The notes under the pieces were generated by a model. It was not told the origin of the DNA. It was given only the letters and a program-made list of their open reading frames with translations, and did not search any database. This document shows positions 49,362-62,625 of a stretch of 64,000 bases of DNA, piece after piece. Location of the stretch: the NCBI RefSeq assembly GCF_006345805.1, contig NC_043025.1, forward strand, positions 5,890,001 to 5,954,000, in the 5' to 3' direction. The stretch's first letter is position 1. Each line of letters opens with the position of its first letter. This DNA is from Octopus sinensis (lineage: Eukaryota). A program made the translations under genes and the position numbers.

Positions 49362-50125
49362 TTTCTAGCAGTTAAGATGACTATGTTTTCTCGACTCATT
49401 CAGTAGCTGTAATATACTGGGGTCTCTGACTGAACATTATGCAGACAAAGATGCGTGATTGAAAAACAGTCGATATGCAAATAGTAAATTACCAATGGGT
49501 CAGGTTGGTCAGTAAATAGGTCAAAAGGTCAATAGGCTAGCAGGTCATTGGGTCAACAAGTGCACAAGTGTACTTCCTTAGAAATATGAGGAGATAATTA
49601 GAAAGTAGTCGAAATGTGATTAAGGGTAGAGACAGCACCACCCTGGGTGATAGTAATGATGTGGTGGTGGTGGTGATTGGGGGTATGTTGGTGGTGGTGG
49701 GAATTTTTAAAGCAATGGTGGGTAGTAGTGGTGGAAGTAAGGGTGGCGACAATTGTGGGGGTGATGTTGGCGATGATGAAAATAATCACGGCAACTGGGG
49801 GGGGGTGACGGTTATGGTGGGTGGGTATGATAGAGGTGGAGGTAGTGGTAGTGGTGGTGATGATTACAATGACAGTGATAGCATGAGTATCAGTGCTAGA
49901 GACAGGTGGCAGTGGTGGTGGTAGTGCTGGCGGCGGCGGTGGTGGTGGTGGTGGTGGTGGTGGTGGTGGTGGTGGTGATGGTGGTGGTATTTGTGATGGT
50001 AATGGGAAGTGCCTTTTATACTGCTAGTACTAATAGCAGTACTACAGTTCTTACTACTACTACTACTACTACTACCAATGACAGTAGTAACGATGATGTA
50101 ATATTATCATATAACATTATTATAT

Positions 50126-51757
50126 AAGGCAGCGAGCTGGCAGAATCGTTAGCACACCGGGCGAATTGCTTAACAGCATTTCATCAGATTTATGTTCTGA
50201 GTTCAAATTGCGCCGAGGTCGACTTTACCTTTCATCCTTTCGGGTTCGATTAAATAAGTAGCAGTTACGCACTAAGGCTTGATGTAATCGACTTGATCCC
50301 TTTGTCTGTCCTTTTTTGTCCTCTCTGTGTTTAGCCCCTTGTGGGTAGTAAAGAAATAGGTATTTCGTCTGCCGTTACATTCTGAGTTCAAATTCCACCG
50401 AGGTCGACTTTGCCGTTCATCCTTTCAGGGTCGATTAAATAAGTACCAGTTACGTACTGGGGTCGATTCAATCGACTTAATCTGTTTGTTTGTCCTCTTT
50501 GTGTTTAGCCCCTTGTGGGTAGTAAAGAAATAGGTATTTCGTTTGCCGTTACGTTCTGAGTTCAAATTCCACCGAGGTCGACTTTGCCGTTCATCCTTTC
50601 AGGGTCGATTAAATAAGTACCAGTTACGTACTGGGGTCGATTTAATCGACTTAATCTGTTTGTTTGTCCTCTCTGTGTTTAGCCCCTTGTGGGTAGTAAA
50701 GAAATAGGTATTTCGTCTGCTGTTACGTTCTGAGTTCAAATTCCACCGAGGTCGACTTTGCCGTTCATCCTTTCAGGGTTGATTAAATAAGTACCAGTTA
50801 CGTACTGGGGTCGATTTAATCGACTTAATCTGTTTGTTTGTCCTCTCTGTGTTTAGCCCCTTGTGGGTAGTAAAGAAATAGGTATTTCGTCTGCCGTTAC
50901 GTTCTGAGTTCAAATTCCACGGAGGTCGACTTTGCCGTTCATCCTTTCAGGGTCGATTAAATAAGTACCAGTTACGTACTGGGGTCGATTTAATCGACTT
51001 AATCTGTTTGTTTGTCCTCTCTGTGTTTAGCCCCTTGTGGGTAGTAAAGAAATAGGTATTTCGTCTGCCGTTACGTTCTGAGTTCAAATTCCACCGAGGT
51101 CGACTTTGCCGTTCATCCTTTCAGGGTCGATTAAATAAGTACCAGTTACGTACTGGGGTCGATTTAATCGACTTAATCTGTTTGTTTGTCCTCTCTGTGT
51201 TTAGCCCCTTGTGGGTAATAAAGAAATAGGTATTTCGTCTGCCGTTACGTTCTGAGTTCAAATTCCACCGAGGTCGACTTTGCCTTTCATCCTTTCGGGG
51301 TCGATTAAATAAGTACCAGTTACGTACTGGGGTCGATTTAATCGACTTAATCTGTTTGTTTGTCCTCTCTGTGTTTAGCCCCTTGTGGGTAATAAAGAAA
51401 TAGGTATTTCGTCTGCCGTTACGTTCTGAGTTCAAATTCCACCGAGGTCGACTTTGCCTTTCATCCTTTCGGGGTCGATTAAATAAGTACCAGTTACGTA
51501 CTGGGGTCGATTTAATCGACTTAATCCGTTTGTTTGTCCTCTCTGTGTTTAGCCCCTTGTGGATAGTAAAGAAATAGGTATTTCGTCTGCCGTTACGTTC
51601 TGAGTTCAAATTCCACTGAGGTTGACTTTGCCTTTCATCCTTTCGGGGTCGATTAAATAAGTACCAGTTATGCACTGGGGTTTGATGTAATCGACTTAAT
51701 CCCTTTGTCCTTGTTTGTGCCCTCTATGTTTAGCCCCTTGTGGGTAGTAAAGAAATA
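50126..51757 (+). mobile_element. SINE family B array, one head plus about 9 bodies (174-bp period)
   Basis: ggtatttcgt is at 50359, 50533, 50707, 50881, 51055, 51229, 51403 and ~51577. Confidence 0.9.
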
Positions 51758-51883
51758 AATATTATATCATGCAAAGTCTCCATAAAATACCACCAAGAAA
51801 TGAGAACCTAGAAATGTGGTTGGGAAAGAAATCTCTTATCATACAGCCACGCATATATTTACACACACACACACACATACACA

Positions 51884-51958
51884 CGGGGGGGTGTTGAAAA
51901 GTTCCTGGTTTTAAGTAAAAGAAAATACAGAAAGATCAGTAAATTATGATTTTATTCA
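51884..51958 (+). mobile_element. Possible mariner-type terminal fragment
   Basis: cgggggggtgttgaaaagttcctgg resembles recalled mariner TIRs. No second TIR was found. Confidence 0.3.
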
Positions 51959-51959
51959 C

Positions 51960-52555
51960 CATATTTTATTCAACTGACCTCCGTGCTGTGGGCACGTAAC
52001 AAACACCATCCGATCATGGCCGTTCGCCAGCCTCGTCTGGCACCTGTGTCGGTGGCACATAAAAAACACCATCCGAGCATGGCCGTCTGCCAGCCTCGTC
52101 TGGCACCTGTGTTGGTGGCACATAAAAAACACCATCCGAGCGTGGCCGTTCGCCAGCCTCGTCTGGCACCTGTGTCGGTGGCACATAAAAAACACCATCT
52201 GAGCGTGGCCGTCTGCCAGCCTCGTCTGGCACCTGTGTCGGTGGCACATAAAAAACACCATCCAAGCGTGGCCGTTCGCCAGCCTCGTCTGGCACCTGTG
52301 TCGGTGGCACATAAAAAACACCATCCGAGCGTGGCTGTCTGCCAGCCTCGTCTGGCACCTGTGTCGGTGGCACATAAAATCACCCACTACACTCTCGGAG
52401 TGGTTGGCATTAGGAAGGGCATCCAGCTGTAGAAACATTGCCAGATCTGACTGGCCTGGTGCAGCCTTCGGGCTCCCCAGACCCCAGTTGAACCGTCCAA
52501 CCCATGCTAGCATGGAAAACGGACGTTAAGCGATGATGATGATGATGATGATGAT
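51960..52555 (+). mobile_element. RTE-tailed repeat family E with six 63-bp internal units
   Basis: Units start at 52004, 52067, 52130, 52193, 52256 and 52319; the 3' end is ggaaaacggacgttaagcgatgatgatg. Confidence 0.8.
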
Positions 52556-52691
52556 TCCTCTCTTAAATTCACACACTCATTGCCGCAGTCCTTCAGTTTT
52601 TCTAAGATTTTTAAAAGAACTAACAAGATTGGGCCCCCACCCAGGCCTTTCATGATACCCTCAAAGTCAGGAACTTCTCAGCACCCTCTCA

Positions 52692-52722
<31 letters not shown>

Positions 52723-53464
52723 CATCATCATCATCATCATCATCATCACATTCGTCATCATTGTTTAACATCCGTTTTCCGTGGTAGCACAGGTTGGACG
52801 GTTCGACCGGGGTCTGGGAAGCCAGGAGGCTGCATCAGGCTCCAGCCTGATCTGGCAGTGTTTCTACAACTGGATGCCCTTCCTAACGCCAACCACTCCA
52901 TTAGTGTAGTGGGTGCTTTTTAAGTGCCACCGGCACAGGTGCCAAGGGAGTTTGGCAGCGGCCACGATCGGTTGGTGCTTTTTAAATGCCACCAGCACAG
53001 AAGCCTGTCAAGGCGGCGCTGGCATTAGCCACGTGCAGATGGTGCTTTTTACGTGCCACCGGCACAGGTATCGCAACTACAATTTCCATTTGATATTTAT
53101 TTTGATGTCGATGTACTTGACTCAATAGGTCTCCTCAAGCACAGCATGTCACCCTACGATCCAAGGTAAGCACAGCAGGTCGTTCTGCAATCCAAGGTAC
53201 TTTGGATGGGCTGGGGCTATGTGAAACTGGTGCAGGAAACAGCTATGAACTCACATCATTTGTTGGGTCTTTGCAGTCACAGCATATCTCCAGAGATCTT
53301 GGTCTTTCATCATTGCCTCTGTGAGACCCAATGTATAATAAACACACACAATCACACAACTGGCCACATGTTTATTGCCATTTGGCTCCTCTGTTGCTTC
53401 ATCTTTTAGTGATGTAAAAGACTCACACAGCTGTTTCATTACATATATGTTAATGTTAATTTAA

Positions 53465-53882
53465 TTTGTCCTATGAAGAAAGGCTGAGGACGCTCGACCT
53501 TTATTCTCTACAAAAACGCCGCCGCCGTGGTCATCTCATTCTCGCCCACAACATAATAAGCGGAAAGTGTAACCTCTCGAAAGAGCTGTTCTTCACTCCT
53601 GCTCCGGAGCGTCGGCTGCGGGGTCATTCCGAAAAGCTCTACCTGCGACGATTTCATCTCAATCGAAGGAGAGGAGCTTTCTCCATCCAGGTTGCAGATC
53701 CGTGGAACAAGCTGCCAGATGAGATGGTGACGATGCCGACGACCGCTTTGTTCAAAGTCTCCCTTGACCTCAAGTGGCCTGAACTCTTTACATGAACACC
53801 ACCCAGTACTTAACTCCAGGTCCCCCTACATGGCCCTGCTATTTGCTTTTGAGCCAAATTAACTAACTAACTAACTAACTAA
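53465..53882 (+). mobile_element. CR1-clade LINE 3' end
   Basis: SYEERLRTLDLYSLQKRRRRGHLILAHNIISG..LRGHSEKL..AFSIQVADPWNKLPDEMV, stop at 53795, short UTR, (AACT)n tail. Confidence 0.85.
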
Positions 53883-54294
53883 CATATATTACTACGTAAT
53901 TATTTCCAGTTAGCTATTTAATAATCCATCCATTAACAGCATTTACGTTAATTAATCTGTGTCTATCTCACCACATAATTAATCCCACTCAGCTCTTTCA
54001 TACTCCATCTATTAACGATGTTCCCATTTAATTTAATTGTCTGTCTATCTCTTGTATCACTTAATTATTTCTAGTTTGCTATTTAATACGCCATGCTAAT
54101 GCTAACGATGTTAATGTTAATTTAATTAGTCTGCGATTAGAATCTTTGTGTTGAATGAAATCTTTGTTTGGTTCAGGGTTCTTTAGAAATAGATGGTAAC
54201 AACTGGCCTTCTCTTTGTAACTGGAAACCAAAGGGTTTTTGTGGGGTTGAAGGACTTGACCCAGAGCATATTGCATGTACAACAGCATACTGGA

Positions 54295-54780
54295 CATACA
54301 CACACATGTATCTGACAACACATACATAAATCCTATGACATACACACACGTGTATCTGACAACACACACATATACACACATACATAAATCTTAATACATA
54401 CACACACATGTATCTGACAACACATACATAAATCCTATGACATACACACACGTGTATCTGACAACACACACATATACACACATACATAAATCTTAATACA
54501 TACACACACATGTATCTGATAACACACACATAAATCTTATGATATACACACATATGTATCTGACAACACACACATATACACACATACATAAATCTTAATA
54601 CATACACACATGTATCTGATAACACACACACACACATAAATCTTAAGACATACACACACATGCATCTGACAACACACACACATTAATCTTAAGACATACA
54701 CACACATGCATCTGACAACACACACACACATTAATCTTAAGACATACACACACATGTATCTGACAACACACACACATGTA
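54295..54780. repeat. CA-rich minisatellite anchored by gtatctgacaac / aaatcttaa
   Basis: Variable 40-60-bp units. Confidence 0.85.
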
Positions 54781-54802
54781 GTTCATAAGCAAGCTACTTA
54801 CC

Positions 54803-55774
54803 TCATAGTCATTCGATGTTTAAAAACTAGTTTTATAGAAACTTCTTTCAAAATTCCTATTTTGTTTTCCACACATTAACTTGTATAGATCGAACTATGT
54901 AAAAATGTTAAAGCAACCTTCTTGCAATACATAACCAAAACAGACATCTAAAGCAGGGGTTCTCAACTATTTCTTATCTATGGACCCCTCTAATAACTAT
55001 TTTATACTGGTGTATCCCCATAGACATCCAATGTTTAAGAATTTGTTTTATAGAAACTTCTTTCAAAATTCCTATTTTGTTTTTCACACATTAACTTGTG
55101 TAGGTTAAATTACGTGAAATGCTAGAGAGAGAAACCTAGACGTTTCTTGCAATACATAACCAATACATACATCTAAAGCAGGTGTTCTCAACTATTTTTT
55201 TTTATCTTTGAACCCTTTTGATAACTATTTTATTCTGGTGGACCTCCATAGCCATTCAGTGTTTACATACATCTAAAGCAGGGGTTCTCAACTATTTCTT
55301 ATCTATAGACCCCTTTGATTACTATTTCATTCTGGTTGACCCCCTTAGCCATCCAAAGTTTAAAAAACTAGTTTTATAGAAACTTCTTTCAAAATTCCTA
55401 TTTTGTTTTCCACCCATTAATTTGTGTAGGTTGAACAATGGAAAAATGTTAGAGAAAGAAACCCAGCTGTTTCTTGCAATACAGACCAATACAGACATCT
55501 AAAGCAGGGGTTCTCAACCATTTTTTTATCTATGGACCCCTTTGATTACTCTTTTATTCTGGTGGACCCCACTAAAACCATTCGATGTAAAATGTTAGAG
55601 AAAGAAACCCAGCTGTTTCTTGCAATACATACAAATACATACATCTAAAGCAAAATATTTTCAGGGGCCCTTAAAATACTATTGTGGATCCCCAATTTAC
55701 AATTTCGTTGAGTGGACCCCCAAACATGTTATATGGGCCCTCAAGGGCCATATGGACCCCAGTTAAGAACTGTG
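54803..55774 (+). mobile_element. hAT (Charlie/Buster-like) MITE with internally tandem ~225-bp units; right TIR present
   Basis: cagg(g/t)gttctcaac is at 54954, 55179, 55279 and 55505. The complementary end ggaccccagttaagaactgtg ends at 55774. Confidence 0.65.
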
Positions 55775-55952
55775 GTAGAAGGTAAGGTGGTTATATGTCA
55801 GGTGTTGTGCGGTTACAGTATGATAGAGAGAGTGTCTTGTTATACAAGAGGTACATTATTGCCCTCAGAAGACTGTGTTAGGCTCCAATGTCCATTCTAG
55901 AATGGTTTCTGCAGCTGGATGCCCTTCCTAATGCCAACCACTTTAGAGAAGA

Positions 55953-56336
55953 CTAGCAGTATCACCCGGCGTTGCTCGGGTTTGTAAGGGAAATAACTAT
56001 AAAGCATTTTTAGAGAGTTATAGCCAAAAAATAGCAAAAAAATGGAAAAAAAATTATGGTAAATTTTTTTTTGAGAGTTAAAAGGTCGAGTTGCGTCCCC
56101 TAGACAGTCTGTGATTTGTGTTTCTGATTCTCGACCCCATGTCGAATTTATCGATTTTTTTCAGAACTGGGGGAACTTTTCAAAATTTTCGCTGCGTTAG
56201 TTTTGAATTATGACATTGGGCTATGTGTGTATCAAGTTTCATCAGAATCGGTTGAAAGCCGTGGTCAGGGTGAGGGTACAAGCAAACAGACACACAGAAA
56301 CACGCACAGACAAACTGCCGTTTATATAGAGAGAGA
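55953..56336 (-). mobile_element. Non-autonomous Helitron family 2, complete
   Basis: CTAG and hairpin start at 55953, 5' TC at 56336-56335; matches 61020-61388. Confidence 0.85.
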
Positions 56337-56544
56337 TATGGGATGCTTTTTTTCCCATGGCACTGGTATTAGTAAGGGTGCCAAGTAAGTCACAACACAA
56401 AGAAAACTTGCTCAAATGAAGCGAGCTGTAGTAGAGGGGAAAGTGATTTTATACCAGGTGCTGAAAGGCTAAAATATGATAAAGACAAGAATATGTGCCT
56501 TGTTATAAGTGAAGATATATGGGTACCCCCGCATTATAATAAAA

Positions 56545-56875
56545 ATAATAATAATGAAATTATTGTATACAGTGCTGAGGTGCACCACAACTTGTCAGAA
56601 AGTGCATATAAAGTATATGCAGTAATGTAGAAATGTCTGGAAAGCGAACAATGTATGAGTCAGATACATGCTGGTGTGTGTATGGAGGGGAGAAAATCAG
56701 GTGTAGTGTTGGCGAATCTCAGGAAGCATGGAAGTTTTGAAGGATGCAGTGCTCCGACAACTAACAACTGATGCTGGCAGTTTGTTCCATGCTTCAGCAA
56801 CTCTCAGCGTGAAAAAATGTTTCCTAAAGTCATGGAAGGAGCTGTGCTGTTTTCTGACTTTGTAAATATGTATAA
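56545..56875 (-). mobile_element. L2/CR1-group LINE 3' end
   Basis: HFFTLRVAEAWNKLPASVVSCRSTASFKTSML followed by a UTR and (ATT)n tail. Confidence 0.75.
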
Positions 56876-57069
56876 GCTTTAGTTGCAATAACTGGAATGA
56901 AGACAGCAATGGTGATGAGGTGTCAGAGCATAAAAATATGGAACATGTTACAGATTTGTGGGGTTGAAGGACTTGGGCACCTTGGGCGAGTGTCTTCTAC
57001 TATAGCCCCGGGCCGACCAAAGCCTTGTGAGTAGATTTGGTAGACGGGAACTGAAAGAAGCCCGTCGTA

Positions 57070-57124
<55 letters not shown>

Positions 57125-57744
57125 GCGTGTATGTTTGTGTGTCTGTGTTTGTTCCCCTAGCATTGCTTGACAACCGATGCTGGTGTGTTTATGATAGAAT
57201 AAGTACTGGGCTTACAAAGAATAAATCCCGGGGTCGAGTTGCTCGATTAAAGGCGGTACTCCAGTATGGCCGCAGTCAAATGACTGAAACAAGTAAAAAG
57301 AGAAAAAGAGAAAAAAATAGATATCTATGTATATAATATATTAATAAATTTTAGGGTAGCAAAAAATTCTAGAAAAATTCTCCGCTACCAGCGGTCAAGT
57401 GAGAAAGAAAAAAATAGTCAATAGACTATATAATATACATTCAAACATATCAGGGATGGCCATGATAGGACATCCGACTCACTAGAAAGAGCAGCCAAAC
57501 TCCAAACCACTAATAGTTGTAATTCTGAAATAGAAAGAGAAATAAAAACGTTTACCCTATCTTTTCTGGACTATGCATAGTTTTGGCAATCTTTTGTAAA
57601 TAAATTAATTTAATTAATTTATTTACCACTGGCGTTGCCTCATCAGCAGAAAAGCCAAGGACTAACATACATCCATGAGGCAATGATGAACATGCCTTGA
57701 GTCTATATGTTATAAATTTTCAAAATCCACCGCATTCACGTGGT

Positions 57745-58400
57745 TTATCATCATCATCATCATCATCATCGTTTAACGTCCGCTTTCCATGCTAGCATGG
57801 GTTGGACGGTTCAACTGGGGTCTGGGGAGCCCGAAGGCTGCACCAGGCCAGTCAGATCTGGCAGTGTTTCTACAGCTGGATGCCCTTCCTAACGCCAACC
57901 ACTCCGAGAGTGTAGTGGGTGATTTTATGTGCCACCGACACAGGTGCCAGACGAGGCTGGCAGACGGCCACGCTCGGATGGTGTTTTTTATGTGCCACCG
58001 ACACAGGTGCCAGACGAACCTGGCGAACGACCATGCTCGGATGCTGTTTTTTATGTGCCACCGACACAGGTGCCAGACGAGGCTGGCAGACGGCCATGCT
58101 CAGATGGTGTTTCTTATGTGCCACCGACACAGGTGTCAGACGAGGCTGGCGAACGGCCACGCTCGGATGTTGTTTGTTACGTGCCCACAGCACAGAGGCC
58201 AGTCGATGCGGTACTGGCTACGGCCATGTTCGGATGGTTTTCTTATGTGCCACCGGCACTGGTACCACAAAGATACAAATTCCATTGATGTTCATCTATT
58301 TTGATTTGGTTTGATTTTCACTTGCCTCAACAGGTCTTCACAAGTGTCACAAGAAGGAAGGTATGCACAGGTGGACTGACTACGTCCCAGGTAGGGGCCA
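57745..58400 (-). mobile_element. RTE-tailed repeat family E with about 5 63-bp units
   Basis: Near-identical inverted counterpart of 51960-52555. Confidence 0.8.
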
Positions 58401-58575
58401 CGGGTTAGCAGTAAATATAAACTGCCGATTTAATTTCAAAATTAGCCAAAAAACGTTTTTATTTCTCTTTCTATTTCAGAATTACAACTATAAGTGGTTT
58501 GGAGTTTAGCTGCTCTTTCTAGTGAGTCGGATGTCCTATTATAGCCATCCCTTATATGTTTGTATGTATATAATA

Positions 58576-58971
58576 CTAGCAGTATCGCCCGGCGTTGCTC
58601 GGGTTTGTAAGGGAAATAACTATATAAGCATTTTTAGAGAGTCATAGCCAAAAATAGCAAAAAAATCCATTAAAAATGGAAAAAAAATTAAGGTAAATTT
58701 TTTTTTAAATCGTTGACTCATCGTAGACATTTTTAGAGAGTTACTTCCCTTATATAATAGCGAAAAAAATGCATTAAGATGGAAAAAATGATGGTAAATT
58801 TTTTTTAAATCGTAGACTCATTGTAGACGCGCGCTAATACCCAGAAGGGCTCGATATGAATCACGACTATAAGATACCCGGTTTTGGTTAAACTGCACCA
58901 CAAAATGTGGGAGTAGTTAGGAATCTAAATCGTAGGAGACAGACACACAACTTGACTTTTATATATAAAGA
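58576..58971 (-). mobile_element. Non-autonomous Helitron family 1, complete
   Basis: Reverse complement of 39626-40021, with TC...CTAG ends in an A|T site. Confidence 0.9.
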
Positions 58972-60096
58972 TATATATATATATACAACAGGCTTCTTTC
59001 AGTTTCCGTCTATCAAATCCACTCACAAGGCATTGGTCGGCCCGGGGCTATAGCAGAAGACACTTGCCCAAGATGCCACGCAGTGGGACTGAACCCGGAA
59101 CCATGTGGTTGGTTAGCAAGCTACTTACCACACAGCCACTCCTGCGCCTATGTATATAATATATATACCTGTTTGTGTGTGTATCTCTTTCTCTGTCTTT
59201 TCTTCATCTCAAATGTCACCAGAAAATTTCTTTGCTATCCGCCAAGACCTTACAACCTAAAATACATTTTACAGGGTTTGTCTGTCTCTATTTCCTTTCT
59301 TCCTTGTCTCAAATATCACTACATCCATTATAATCTATCGGCACCATTGTCACTTTCTTAGTAGAGATATTTTCAAAATCTACTAATGTCCCAATATATC
59401 TTCTCTATCTGTCTGTCTGTCTCTTTCTAGTCTCAAATATCAACAAACTTTTTTGACATACCTAACATCACCATTATTACTTTACATATATCTATCTGTC
59501 TGTCTATCTATACCTATATGTATATCCCCTCCTTCGGGGGGGTTTGTCTATGTGTATATATATAATAATAATAATATTGTGGCTGTGTGGTAAGTAGCTT
59601 GCTAACCAACCACATGGGCAAGTGTCTTCTACTATAGCCCCGGGCCAACCAATGCCTTGTGACTGGATTTGGTAGACGGAAACTGAAAGAAGCCTGTCGT
59701 ATATATGTATATATATGTATGTGTGTGTGTGTGTGTGTGTGTTTGTGTGTCTGTGTTTGTCCCCCTAGCATTGCTTGACAACCAATGCTGGTGTGTTTTC
59801 GTCCCCGTAACTTAGCGGTTGGACAAAAGAGACTGATAGAATAAGTACTGGGCTTACAAAGAATAAGTCCTGGGGTCGGTTTGCTCGACTAAAGGCAGTG
59901 CTCCAGCATGGCCGCAGTCAAATGACTGAAAAGAGTAAAAGAGTATATATAATATATATATACTTATATATAAAAATATATATAAGGATATTATTGATTA
60001 CAATAATATCAAGTGGCAAGCATGCGTAAAAAAATACCATAATGTAAAGAATTATTACTTAGTAATTAAGGGTACGACAAGCACACAACTAGTGAT

Positions 60097-60777
60097 TAAT
60101 TTATCGACCTCAAAAGGATGAAAGGCAAAGTCGACCTCAATGGAATTTGAACTCAGAATTTAAAGACAGATGAAATACCTATTTCTTTACTACTCACAAG
60201 GGGCTAAACACAGAGGGGACAAACAAGGACAGACACATGGATTAAATTGATTACATCGACCCCAGTGCGTAACTGGTACTTAATTTATCGACCCCAAAAG
60301 GATGAAAAGCAAAGTCGACCTCTGCGGAATTTGAACTCAGAACGTAACGGCAGACAAAATACCTATTTCTTTACTATCCACAAGGGGCTAAAAACACAGA
60401 GAGGACAAACAAGGACAGACAAACGGATTAAATCGATTATATCGATTCCAGTGCATAACTGGTACTTATATAATCGACCCTGAAAGGATGAAAGGCAAAG
60501 TCGACCTCGGTGGAATTTGAACTCAGAATGTAACGGCAGACGAAATACCTATTTCTTTACTACTCACAAGGGGCTAAACACAGAGGGGACAAACAAGGAC
60601 AAACAGATTAAATCGATTATATCGACCCCAGTGCGTAACTGGTACTTAATTTATCGACCCCGAAAGGATGAAAGGCAAAGTCGACCTCGGCGGAATTTGA
60701 ACTCAGAACGTAGCAGCAGATGGAATACCGCTAAGCATTCGCCCGGCCTGCTAACAACTCTGCCAGCTCACCGCCTT
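60097..60777 (-). mobile_element. SINE family B multimer
   Basis: Head at ~60777 followed by about 4 body units. Confidence 0.85.
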
Positions 60778-61019
60778 TGTTATCTCAAATATTCTTATCT
60801 ACTTTGCTAATTTAGGCACAAGGCTCGAAATTTTGGTGGAGGGCGCCAGTTGATTAGATCAACCCCAGCATGCAACTGGCACTTAATTTATCGACCCCGA
60901 AAGGATGAAAGGTGAAGTCGACCTCAGCAGAATTTGAACTCAGAATATAAAGACACTAAGCATTTCACCTGACTTGTTAATGTTTCTGCCAGCTTGCCAC
61001 CAATTTTTTACCTACCAAA

Positions 61020-61388
61020 TCTCTCTCTATATAAACAGCAGTTTGTCTGTCTGCGTGTCTGTGTGTCTGTTAGGTTGTACCCTCACCCTGACCACGGCTT
61101 TCAACCGTTTCTGATGAAATTTGACCCCAATGTCATAATTCAAAACTAATGCAGCGAAAATTTTTAAAAGTTCCCCCAGTTCTGAAAAAAATCGATAAAT
61201 TCGACATGGGGTCGAGAATCAGAAACACAAACCACAGACTGTCTAGGGGACGCGACTCGACCTTTTTAACTCTCAAAAAAAAATTTACCATTTTTTTGCT
61301 ATTTTTTGGCTATAACTCTCTATAACTCTCTAAATGCTTTATAGTTATTTCCCTTACAAACCCGAGCAACGCTGGGCGATACTGCTAG
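61020..61388 (+). mobile_element. Non-autonomous Helitron family 2, complete
   Basis: A|TCtctctctatataaacagcag...cccgagcaacgctgggcgatactgCTAG|T. Confidence 0.9.
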
Positions 61389-61901
61389 TATTAGATAACT
61401 TTTGATCCATCTGTTGCTACGGTCACCAATTGTATTACCTAAAATACATTTTCAAGAGTACCTTTATCTCTCTCTCTCTCTTATCTCAAATGTCATCACA
61501 AAACCTATCTGTCATCACTTCTGCCTTTATATTTTCCAGCATTCCCCTACATGTATCTCTCTCTCTCTCTCTCTCTCTCTTATCTCAAATATCACATCAC
61601 TTTTGATCTATCTATTGCCACCATCAGCAAGTCACAATCAACACCTAAAATGCTTCCGCCCCACCCCACTGACTCTGTCTCCATCTACTTCTGTCTTCCT
61701 CTAACCTCACCTCTCTCTTTCTCAATCTATATATCTATCTATCTACCTATCTATCAAGCTATCTGTTTATGTATGTATGTATGTATGTATGTATGTATGT
61801 ATGTATGTATGTATGTATCTATCTATCTACCTATATACTCACTGTCTATCTATCGACCTATTTATCTATCTATGTATTTATCTATCTATGTATCTACTCT
61901 T

Positions 61902-61940
<39 letters not shown>

Positions 61941-62625
61941 CTATCTATCAATTTATTTATCTATCCGTCTATCTATCTATCTATCTATCTATCTATAGAG
62001 AGTTGCTTATTGCAAAAAAAAAGAAAAAAAGAAATATAACATGTGACTTCATTGACCGAGGTTACCGTGGTTTTTTCCGTAGGCTTTTCTTTCCACGGGT
62101 AAACCTCACCTGTCCTCCCCTTTACACTTCATATTGACATTTCTGTGATAACGATCCCTATTGATCAAATTTTTTTTCTTCCCCCCACCTTTTTTTTTAT
62201 ATCCCCCCCCCCTTATTTTGTCCTCTTTCTTTCCTTTTACGATCCCTTTTGATCGAAAACCAACCCCCTTCTTTTTACCCCAAAAAGAAAAGCTCTACCT
62301 TGTAATTTGTTCTGTCTGTGTGCAGCCCTGTGTGGCTAATAAAGAAACATATCTATCTGTCTATTTATTTATCTGTCTATCTATCTATCTATTTATTTAT
62401 CTATCGTAATCTATCTATCTATCTGGGATAGATTATTAAAGCTCTACTTTGTAATCTGTCCCATGTGTGCAGCTCTCTCTCTCTCTCTTCCTCATTTCAA
62501 ATCTCACTACATCAGAATAACATATACTCCACAAGCACAACAATTCTAGAAACAGCTGTAACAGACTTTAAACATTACTTCATAATCCTGTATTAAGTTT
62601 GAAATATAAATCAAATGCTTTAAAA

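Noticed and set aside
57625-57650. CUGAUGA-GGC-AAC-GCC on the minus strand
   Set aside because: It is followed by AGUGG instead of GAAA.
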